Source of the DNA: an uncultured Alphaproteobacteria bacterium
GTDB lineage: Bacteria; Pseudomonadota; Alphaproteobacteria; Rs-D84
Assembly: GCA_963931495.1 (NCBI GenBank)
Contig: OZ007020.1
Coordinates: forward strand, 390,001-422,000
DNA length: 32,000 bases
Direction: 5' to 3'
Under the pieces are notes generated by a model, which was given only the letters and a program-made list of their open reading frames with translations, made no database searches and was not told the DNA's origin. This document shows, one piece after another, positions 1 to 6,577 of the stretch; the stretch's first letter is position 1, and every line of letters begins with the position of its first letter. A program made the position numbers and the translations under genes.

Positions 1-668
1 AGACGTTGCCAAAACACGGCGGTGTTTATATGCCCCAGCGGATATACGAAATTATGTGCAACCATTTTGGGTAAATCTGTGGTGCCACTGGTGAAATATA
101 TTACCATCGTATCAGTGTTATTATTTGGGACACGTGCAAATTCAGACGGCATTGTTTCCAGTGCGCCATCAATATCTGGGGTTAATATTAATTTAACATC
201 AGATGTGCCGATTGCCGTCTTGATTTCGTTTATAATGTGTCCATCGTCGTATGCAAAAATATATTTCGCGTCGGCCTGGCGAATGCGGTATTCAATATCT
301 TCGGCCTTTAACTGATTCGTTGATGGAATTGGTATGATTCCAGCCTTGTGCATGGCCAACATTAAAATCCAATATTCCCAGCGACGACGCATGAACAGCA
401 ATGCAGTGTCGCCACGGTTCATGCCAAGTGATGTTAAATAATTTGCCAGTGCGCCCGACATTAACGATAAATCACGAAATGTAAAACGTTTGATTTCCCC
501 CGAATCGTCGGTCCACAATAATGCCAAATTATTCGGTGTTTCTGTTGCCAATACATCAATTACATCATATGCAAAATTAAAGTTTTCTGGAACAACAGGG
601 GCGCCATTTTGGATATAGTCTTCGTAACTGTCAAATTTATCTTTTTTCAGGAATTTTGATGCAAACAT
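1..668 (-). CDS. AMP-forming acyl-CoA synthetase/ligase (medium-chain type), N-terminal 222 codons; 3' end off window
   Basis: Not in the ORF track because it runs off the left edge. Reverse-strand reading from the ATG at 668-666 gives MFASKFLKKDKFDSYEDYIQNGAPVVPENFNFAYDVIDVLATETPNNLALLWTDD...MVIYFTSGTTDLPKMVAHNF. It carries the AMP-binding signature (YFTSGTT-x-PKM) and the FNFA-DVID N-terminal pattern of acyl-CoA synthetases. An AAGG SD-like motif lies about 10 nt upstream. Confidence 0.8.
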   Translation of the reverse strand, partial: MFASKFLKKDKFDSYEDYIQNGAPVVPENFNFAYDVIDVLATETPNNLALLWTDDSGEIKRFTFRDLSLMSGALANYLTSLGMNRGDTALLFMRRRWEYWILMLAMHKAGIIPIPSTNQLKAEDIEYRIRQADAKYIFAYDDGHIINEIKTAIGTSDVKLILTPDIDGALETMPSEFARVPNNNTDTMVIYFTSGTTDLPKMVAHNFVYPLGHINTAVFWQR

Positions 669-773
669 ATTCTGGTTACCTTTTTTGTTCATACATTAAT
701 AAATTATAAATAGCCGTATGCAAGTATTGCAGATTATTTTCACAAGTAAAACAAAAATAATGAATAAAAAAAG

Positions 774-802
774 TTGATTTTTTATTCCCATGGGTGCATA
801 AT
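774..802 (+). promoter_or_regulatory. Candidate sigma70-type promoter for tRNA-Pro
   Basis: TTGATT (774-779), 17-nt spacer, CATAAT (797-802), about 20 nt upstream of the tRNA 5' end. Confidence 0.4.
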
Positions 803-823
803 CGGCCTGGTTGTTTGGTGTTG

Positions 824-900
<77 letters not shown>

Positions 901-971
901 TAAGTTTTTTGTGCGCCGTGGTGGCGTTTTTATTTTTTGTAATTTGCATTCGTTTTTTTATCTGTAATAAT

Positions 972-1994
972 ATGTATGCTATGAGAAAGAAATTAAAAAT
1001 TCCAAATAACAGAGTACTGGGTATTGTTGGCTTTATTGTTGTTATTCTGGTGATATTGTTATATCTGTTTGGTATTCGCAGTGTCGTGTCGCATGATGTG
1101 ACGTTTGAATTGTCGCGTGGTACCACTGTGTCCGCGGTGGCGACACAGTTAAATGCCATAGGGGTGATTGATATGCCAGGACTGTTCAAAATCGCAGTTC
1201 GTGGTAATGGTGGGCAAATTCAATCAGGACTGTATGATATTCCACGTGGAACCAGTGTATGGCGTATCGCCCGCATGTTTGCCAATGGTGACGTGGCGTC
1301 AACAACAATTGTTATCCCCGAAGGTTTAACAGTACAACAGATTAAGCGATTGTTGCTGGACGAATCTGGGTTAACAGGTGGTGTTGAATGTGGTCCGGGG
1401 ACCGATTTGCCGGTGTGTGATTTGCATGATGGGGATTTGTTCCCAGATACATACCGGGTTGCGCGCGGCACGTCGCGATTGGCAGTGTTGGATTTAATGC
1501 GTAAAAAAATGCTGGATTTGCGTCATAATTGGGAACGGGGTGGGGCGATTGCGCCACGGCCGTTGAAATCTTGGAACGATGTGGTTACATTGGCATCCAT
1601 TGTTCAAAAAGAAACGCCCAAAAAATCAGAAATGCCAATAGTGGCCAGTGTGTACCTGAATCGGTTGCGTGATAATATGCGTTTACAGGCGGATCCGACG
1701 GTGGTTTATGCGGTGACGCGTGGACTGGGGGATATGCAGGGGCGCCCGTTGTTGCGTGAATACCTGAAAACAGACAGCCCATATAATACATACACGAATC
1801 GCGGATTGCCGCCGGCACCAATCGCGAACGTTGGTCGTGATGCGATATATGCTGTCTTGCAACCCGCAGACACAAATTATTTGTTTTTTGTCGCAGATGG
1901 TACTGGTGGGCATCGTTTTTCGTCGTCGTATGACGAGCATATGAAAAATCATGCGAACTGGCGCGTGATAAAAAAAATTCAAAATCAAAAATAA
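972..1994 (+). CDS. mltG: Endolytic murein transglycosylase MltG (YceG family)
   Basis: N-terminal TM anchor, then YceG motifs LASIVQKET, NTYTNRGLPPAPIANVG and YLFFVADGTGGHRFSSSYDEH. The track start at 909 begins 9 nt after the tRNA and uses GTG. I prefer the in-frame ATG at 972 (MYAMRKKLKIP...); 981 is also possible. Confidence 0.85.
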   Translation: MYAMRKKLKIPNNRVLGIVGFIVVILVILLYLFGIRSVVSHDVTFELSRGTTVSAVATQLNAIGVIDMPGLFKIAVRGNGGQIQSGLYDIPRGTSVWRIARMFANGDVASTTIVIPEGLTVQQIKRLLLDESGLTGGVECGPGTDLPVCDLHDGDLFPDTYRVARGTSRLAVLDLMRKKMLDLRHNWERGGAIAPRPLKSWNDVVTLASIVQKETPKKSEMPIVASVYLNRLRDNMRLQADPTVVYAVTRGLGDMQGRPLLREYLKTDSPYNTYTNRGLPPAPIANVGRDAIYAVLQPADTNYLFFVADGTGGHRFSSSYDEHMKNHANWRVIKKIQNQK

Positions 1995-2065
1995 AAAGTC
2001 GTCATTTATTAAAAAAATTAATAATTTATTTATTTAATAATGGCGTGTATCAATGTAATAAAAAT

Positions 2066-2087
2066 GCCGCATTTATGCGGCGTTTAT
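2066..2087 (+). terminator. Weak intrinsic terminator candidate after mltG
   Basis: GCCGCA-TTTA-TGCGGC hairpin followed by GTTTAT. The T-tract is poor. Confidence 0.3.
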
Positions 2088-2259
2088 CAATTATTCACGA
2101 ATTTTATCCGATTCGTTACTGCATATGTTTATAGCATATTTAGTGTCATTTTGCAAAAATCTTTGAACTTGAAAATCGGTGATTGTGGACTATACAATAT
2201 TTATGACCGGGGTGGAAAATCTGGTTTTTTGCTAACTTAACATAATAAAAGGACAGGAA

Positions 2260-3022
2260 ATGAAAAAAATAATTTTAACATCTTTGTTGGCTGTTTTTGC
2301 GGCAACAAGTGCAAACGCGGCAATTAATGATAATCCTATGTATCGTCCGGACCAGGGCCGCTTTTACAGTGTTACAGAATTGAATTCGCATACCGAAGAT
2401 ATTGACAGTTGGAAAGTTACAGAAAAATTTGGTTATGGCATAACAGACCAAGCGTCTATTTACATTAATACTGATTTTATATGAATATAATTCTTTTGAC
2501 CACTATGGTTGGGGCAATTTTGAAATCGGTGCTGATTATCGTTTGTTGAATGATATGAATTGGAAAGTTGATGCGTATGGTTCGTATGCGTTGGCGCCAG
2601 TATGGGGGGCAGAATTCTTGGATTCAAATGCAACAACATATACATGGGGGGTCGGTGTTCGTGCCGGATATGTAACGGATTTGTGGACGGTTGCTGGACA
2701 TGTTGAATTTAATTATTTGAACAGTGAATCGTTCAATTGGGGCAACGATTTTGGAAATAATCATCTGTTGATTGCCGGGTTGGATGGATTTGTTTCGCTG
2801 ACATCAGATTGGGCATTAATGCTGGGGGCGGAATACACCGGCGTTATGGATGACAGCGCAGAAAATGCCGGCAGATGGGACGGCAAAATTGGCGTAAATT
2901 ATAACTTTAACCAAGACATGTTTGCTGGTGCGTACGTGTCAGCGATGATGGGTCATGGTTCTGGTGATTGGAAAATCGCCGATGGCATCGGATTTGGTGT
3001 AAAATTTGGTGCACAATTTTAA
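2260..3022 (+). pseudogene. Outer-membrane beta-barrel protein, interrupted by a 1-nt frameshift (or sequencing indel)
   Basis: Track ORFs 2260..2484 and 2543..3022 join into one protein of about 254 codons if one base is removed in GATTTTATATGA (2473-2484): ...QASIYINTDF|YEYNSFDHYGWGNFEIGADYRLLND.... It has the signal peptide MKKIILTSLLAVFAATSANA, an aromatic/Gly-rich alternating pattern, and a C-terminal ...GVKFGAQF. A terminal Phe is typical of OM beta-barrels. Confidence 0.65.
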
Positions 3023-3042
3023 TAAATACCGGACTGCTTTAC

Positions 3043-3069
3043 AAAATCCCGCCGTGTGGCGGGATTTTA
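3043..3069. terminator. Bidirectional intrinsic terminator between convergent genes
   Basis: AAAATCCCGCC-GTGT-GGCGGGATTTT, with an A-run on one side and a T-run on the other. It sits between the + strand barrel gene and the - strand small HTH gene. Confidence 0.6.
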
Positions 3070-3252
3070 TATTGACTGTAATGGATGATGCGTTACATCA
3101 ATGAACAAAATTAATTCGTATACAGTTGGATGTTGTTGGTCTGTGGTGATTTGATAATATCCGGATTCATCTGTATTGAATATGTCGCACATAACAAATA
3201 TCGGAATTTTTTGTTTATGGCGTACGTGTTCTATTTCTTGCCCTAATGTCAT
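3067..3252 (-). CDS. Small XRE-family helix-turn-helix protein (61 aa), putative
   Basis: From the internal ATG at 3252 the product is MTLGQEIEHVRHKQKIPIFVMCDIFNTDESGYYQITTDQQHPTVYELILFIDVT.... Its spacing matches the HTH_XRE pattern (LGxxI..R....l....a..l..s.s.i..iE.g...Psl..l..l). A GGGGGA SD lies 5 nt upstream. The sequence is divergent, so the function call is weak. Confidence 0.45.
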   Translation of the reverse strand: MTLGQEIEHVRHKQKIPIFVMCDIFNTDESGYYQITTDQQHPTVYELILFIDVTHHPLQSI

Positions 3253-3273
3253 TGTATCCCCCAAAAAAATGTA

Positions 3274-3441
3274 ATAAAAAACCACCAGAAAAAATCTAAG
3301 TGGTTGGAGGTTGATTACTATGAAAGATATAGTGCCGCTTATTCAATATATTCACGACCCTCCAACCAAACAGGTTGGAATTTCATCCAATGGATGTCTT
3401 TCAGGGGTAATCACACCCCGCAACAGCAACCCGCCATTGCA
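3274..3441 (-). ncRNA. Unclassified structured RNA (leader or sRNA), copy A
   Basis: Minus-strand reading, from the TSS region after TATAAT:
- hairpin GGGGT-GTGATT-ACCCC
- hairpin CATCC-ATT-GGATG
- hairpin TTCCAACC-TGTTT-GGTTGGAGGG
- GTGAATATATTGAATAAGC
- hairpin ACTAT-ATCTTTC-ATAGT
- AACCTCCAACCAC
- terminator CCACTTAGA/TCTGGTGG followed by TTTTTT

It ends about 20 nt before the ATG at 3252. Ends are approximate. Confidence 0.5.
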
Positions 3442-3447
3442 GATGCT

Positions 3448-3476
3448 ATTATAAAAATCCGTTTTGTTTATTGCAA
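3448..3476 (-). promoter_or_regulatory. Promoter of RNA copy A
   Basis: On the minus strand: TTGCAA (3476-3471), 17-nt spacer, TATAAT (3453-3448). Confidence 0.5.
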
Positions 3477-3586
3477 TTTGTTTTTTGTCATAAATTGTAA
3501 TAATTTTGTACTGATAAAAATATTGTCATTTTGCCATTTTTAATACGTCCCTGATTTTTGGGATTTTCCATCGGTATTTTTAATAA

Positions 3587-3615
3587 AAAATCCCACCGAA
3601 TGGTGGGATTTTTTT
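3587..3615 (+). terminator. Intrinsic terminator hairpin in the leader of the downstream barrel gene
   Basis: AAATCCCACC-GAAT-GGTGGGATTT followed by a T-run (3609-3615). No coding gene lies upstream on either strand that it would obviously terminate. It sits 52 nt before the ATG at 3668. Confidence 0.55.
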
Positions 3616-3667
3616 GCGGACTTTGTTCTTGTTGTTTATGTTTGCACAGACGTGTAATTATTGTGGT

Positions 3668-4432
3668 ATGGCGCATGGTATAAAATTATTTTTAATATTT
3701 ACGGTATGCTATATTGCTGGATACTCATGCGCACATGCCGCGCGATTGGATGTCAGTCGTATCAGTCAATCTGGTGAATTTTCTGCATCGTTTGGTGCGG
3801 CGTTCAAGACTGGTGCAAATCGTGATAATACGACCCAAACAGATTTTTTATCTGGACGTATACATGAATTATCACTGGATTTGGATTATACTTTTTTAGA
3901 TGATTGGACGATTTCATTCAGCACGGACAATGATTATTCTGATTCACAGATTGGTGTAAAGTGGAAGCTGATAAAATTTCATGAACTGAAAATTGATTTT
4001 ATGGCGGACTATGGCATTGCATGGACAAAAAACGCCAAAACAGATGTACGTTTGGGGAATAATAATTTTGATTTTGGAATGCGTGTTCATGGTATTGCGT
4101 TGCAGGATTTTCAATGGGCAGTGAAAATCATGGGCCAGTTTGTATTTGCAGAACCAAAAAACTTTTGGAATATAAATCTGACCGCAGAAGCGATGTATTA
4201 TTTCCATCCAGATATTGCCGCCAAGTTTGAATTTGAATATGACTTTAATCAGATTAGTGCACCAATAACACAATATGATCGCACAATTCATTTTGGAATA
4301 ATATATAATATGTCTAATATTGCGTCAGTGCATCCTTATGTAAAATATCACTTTAAGACCGATACAGCAGACAATAATTATATTCCCGATAATTTTTGGA
4401 AAATTGGGGCAGAGTTTTCAGTAGAATTTTAA
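3668..4432 (+). CDS. Outer-membrane beta-barrel protein (about 254 aa), size-matched paralog of 2260..3022
   Basis: Signal peptide MAHGIKLFLIFTVCYIAGYSCAHA|A from the internal ATG at 3668. The track start at 3614 is a TTG inside the terminator hairpin. It shows an alternating aromatic pattern and a C-terminal ...GAEFSVEF. The start codon is uncertain because the SD is weak. Confidence 0.7.
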   Translation: MAHGIKLFLIFTVCYIAGYSCAHAARLDVSRISQSGEFSASFGAAFKTGANRDNTTQTDFLSGRIHELSLDLDYTFLDDWTISFSTDNDYSDSQIGVKWKLIKFHELKIDFMADYGIAWTKNAKTDVRLGNNNFDFGMRVHGIALQDFQWAVKIMGQFVFAEPKNFWNINLTAEAMYYFHPDIAAKFEFEYDFNQISAPITQYDRTIHFGIIYNMSNIASVHPYVKYHFKTDTADNNYIPDNFWKIGAEFSVEF

Positions 4433-4524
4433 GCATCTATGATGGTGGTTTGACGCATAATGCATAACAATTAATTTTTGGATTGTGTTGTACTTGCCGG
4501 TAAAGGTTTATGATAAAAATTTGC

Positions 4525-4554
4525 TTGGATTTTTATACAAATATAAATTATAAT
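4525..4554 (+). promoter_or_regulatory. Promoter of RNA copy B
   Basis: TTGGAT (4525-4530), 18-nt spacer, TATAAT (4549-4554). Confidence 0.45.
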
Positions 4555-4560
4555 ATTTTT

Positions 4561-4742
4561 TGTGGCGTTGGATTAACGCCATGGGGTGTCAAGACCCGAA
4601 ATGCGGCGTTGCGGTATGCGACGATAAAGCTCCAACCATTGGTTGGAGGGCTGTGAATAATGCGTTTACGCAAAATAAGCACACTATACCGTATTGTAGT
4701 CTTGAACCTCCAACCACTTGAAAATTCTTTCAGTGGTTTTTT
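4561..4742 (+). ncRNA. Unclassified structured RNA (leader or sRNA), copy B
   Basis: Elements in order:
- hairpin GGCGTT-GGATT-AACGCC
- hairpin GGGT-GTCAAG-ACCC
- hairpin CGTTGC-GGTAT-GCGACG
- hairpin CTCCAACC-ATT-GGTTGGAGGG (4630-4650)
- GTGAATAA...AATAAGC
- hairpin ACTAT...GTAGT
- CCTCCAACCAC (4706-4716)
- terminator CCACTTGAAA/TTTCAGTGG followed by TTTTTT (4713-4741)

It ends 16 nt before the ATG at 4758. Ends are approximate. Confidence 0.5.
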
Positions 4743-4757
4743 GTTTGGGGGTGGATT

Positions 4758-5324
4758 ATGAGAAAGCTTATATTTATTATCGTTGTCTGCATGCTGTACC
4801 ACAACGCGTATGGTGCGGTAGGAGAACCATGCAGCGAGCCGTGTTTAGAAGGAACAATCCCAATACCATATAGTTGGGATTGTGGTGTGTGTCCTGCTAA
4901 TACATATATGGATGAGGTGTTATGTCCCGAACCCAGATTATTTGAATGTAAGCCATGTCCCGCGGGTACAATAACAATTGGCGATACAGCCGCCGATCAT
5001 GACAGTATTGATGACTGTGTCGCTGCGCCTGTATTGTGTGCGTCCGGATATTATTTGCCTGCCGGTTCTGCAACATGTACGCAATGCCCAAAAAATTCAT
5101 ATTGCCCGGGCGGGGAATATACATCATCTGGTCAAGATAGTGGTATTATCGCATGTCCAAATGATACCAAATCACCGATTGGTTCTGACAGTGCGGATGA
5201 TTGTGGTCGTATATTACATATTGGTGAATATGTTTTATACTTACGCACTGCAAAATTAACCAGTCCAGCATTGCATGTAAAAATAGGTGATGTGATATAT
5301 TATGGGGATGCGTTTCCCGCATAG
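4758..5324 (+). CDS. Secreted cysteine-rich repeat protein (CxxCP-x-[NG]-[ST]-[YI] repeats), unknown function
   Basis: Signal peptide MRKLIFIIVVCMLYHNAYG|A. Repeated motifs are CGVCPANTY, CKPCPAGTI, CTQCPKNSYCPGGEY and ACPNDTKSPIGSDSADDC, followed by a non-Cys C-terminal module RILHIGEYVLYLRTAKLTSPALHVKIGDVIYYGD. A GGGGGTGGA SD is present. Confidence 0.75.
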   Translation: MRKLIFIIVVCMLYHNAYGAVGEPCSEPCLEGTIPIPYSWDCGVCPANTYMDEVLCPEPRLFECKPCPAGTITIGDTAADHDSIDDCVAAPVLCASGYYLPAGSATCTQCPKNSYCPGGEYTSSGQDSGIIACPNDTKSPIGSDSADDCGRILHIGEYVLYLRTAKLTSPALHVKIGDVIYYGDAFPA

Positions 5325-5382
5325 TTATTATTAGTAATGTAATGTACTAATAAAAAAATCGTCATGTTGAAACAAGACAAAC

Positions 5383-5418
5383 ATCCCAGTTTTACGGGAT
5401 TTTCTAGCGTTTTTTTTG
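5383..5418 (+). terminator. Possible terminator after the Cys-rich gene
   Basis: ATCCC-AGTTTTAC-GGGAT hairpin followed by TTTCTAGCGTTTTTTTT. The stem is short. The sequence resembles the TTCCCGCTGTTACGGGAA hairpins at 16616 and 18590. Confidence 0.3.
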
Positions 5419-5439
5419 ATAAAAATTCCCACATTCTGC

Positions 5440-5468
5440 TTGACAATACTGGGGTTCGTGATTATAGT
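5440..5468 (+). promoter_or_regulatory. Promoter of the str operon (rpsL)
   Basis: TTGACA (5440-5445), 17-nt spacer, TATAGT (5463-5468). This leaves a leader of about 140 nt before rpsL. Confidence 0.6.
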
Positions 5469-5615
5469 ATATTCGCTTTCCGTGTAAATAAGGAAAGAAA
5501 AAACACAGAAATCTGCGTATCTTGACAGATTTATAATCGCGGTGTTTCCGTTGAAATAAGTCTGATAGGCAGGTTTTGTGCAGACAAAAAGTAAGCAAAA
5601 ACAAAGAGATTTTGA

Positions 5616-5987
5616 ATGCCAACAGTAAATCAACTGATTCGGAAGCCGCGCAAAAAGGTTGTTGTAAAGTCAACAGCACCGGATATGATGGCGGCGCCGC
5701 AAAAACGTGGTGTTTGCACGCGTGTGTACACAACCACGCCGAAAAAACCTAATTCTGCCCAACGTAAAGTGGCACGTGTAAAACTGGCCAATGGACGTGA
5801 AGTTACGGCCTATATCCCGGGTGAAGGGCATAATTTACAGGAACACAGTGTTGTTATGATACGTGGTGGTCGTGTAAAGGACTTGCCGGGGGTGAAATAC
5901 CATATTATTCGTGGTGTTTTGGATACCAAGGGTGTTGATGGCAGAAAGCAGGGACGTTCCCTGTATGGTGCCAAGACGGCAAAGTAA
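5616..5987 (+). CDS. rpsL: 30S ribosomal protein S12
   Basis: [14 protein letters not shown]...[14 protein letters not shown]...[32 protein letters not shown] is the canonical S12 sequence. It is first in the str cluster. Confidence 0.98.
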
Positions 5988-6064
5988 TTATGATGGTGCA
6001 CACAGCGTGTCTGTGTGAGTAATTCGGGCCCCAGCCCGGATGAAGAACAAAAAGGAAAATTAAA

Positions 6065-6538
6065 ATGTCAAGACGCAAAAGAGCAACAAAACGTGAAATT
6101 CTGCCGGATTCAAAGTATAACAATCTGGTTGTCGCAAAATGTATTAATGTGGTTATGTGGGACGGCAAAAAAGAAGTTGCCGAAGATATTGTTTATGGCG
6201 CACTGGATTCGTTAAAGAAAATCGCAAAAGATGGCGATGAATTGGCCACGTTCTTGGAAGCGGTTGATGCGTTAAAACCATCTGTGGAAGTCAAAGGACG
6301 CCGCGTTGGTGGTGCAACATATCAGGTTCCCGTAGAAGTAAGACCGGACCGTCAACAGACGTTGGCATTGCGTTGGTTGGTTATGTTCGCACGTAAACGT
6401 GGTGAACGTTCTATGAAAGACAGATTGTTTGGTGAACTGCGTGATGCGTTAAACGGCCAGGGCGGTGCGTTTAAGAAGAAAGTTGATACGCACAAAATGG
6501 CCGAAGCCAACAAGGCATTTGCGCACTTCCGTTGGTAA
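6065..6538 (+). CDS. rpsG: 30S ribosomal protein S7
   Basis: [18 protein letters not shown]...[32 protein letters not shown]...AFAHFRW is canonical S7. Confidence 0.98.
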
Positions 6539-6577
6539 TATTTTTGAATTTACAAATAAAGAACAAGGGAAAGAAAT

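Noticed and set aside
2040-2240. 66-aa plus-strand ORF between mltG and the barrel gene
   Set aside because: It reads through the mltG terminator hairpin, has no SD, and is hydrophobic, AT-rich translation noise. The region is better explained as terminator plus promoter space.
3304-3543. 79-aa plus-strand ORF, and a 44-aa SD-preceded mini-ORF (MKDIVPLIQYIHDPPTKQVG...) starting at 3320
   Set aside because: Both overlap RNA copy A on the opposite strand. The apparent GGAGG SD is the complement-side arm of the conserved CCTCCAACC motif. The corresponding frame in copy B (minus strand) has no start codon. Conservation follows stems rather than codons.
4690-4716. tmRNA/tRNA-like 3' end suggested by ...GAACCTCCAACCA (resembles ...CCTCCACCA)
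   Set aside because: There is no T-loop (GTTCGA/TTCRA) context, no acceptor pairing partner and no tag reading frame ending in LAA/VAA. The motif also occurs three times, so it is not an ssrA gene.
4581-4720. Cys-containing leader peptides inside the RNA elements (B: MGCQDPKCGVAVCDD..., 46 codons ending in the terminator; A: MAGCCCGV) as a Cys-tRNA-sensing attenuator
   Set aside because: The idea is attractive because the downstream gene of copy B is Cys-rich. However, neither ATG has an SD, the two peptides differ completely in length and frame relative to the hairpins, copy C has none, and the downstream gene of copy A is not Cys-rich. I kept it only as a remote possibility.
4548-4802. 84-aa minus-strand ORF
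   Set aside because: It is antisense to RNA copy B and to the start of the Cys-rich gene at 4758. It ends in the complement of the TATAAT box and has no independent support.
5331-5733. 100-aa and 109-aa minus-strand ORFs upstream of and overlapping rpsL
   Set aside because: They span the str promoter and leader and the rpsL start in antisense, and their composition is typical of AT-rich non-coding sequence.
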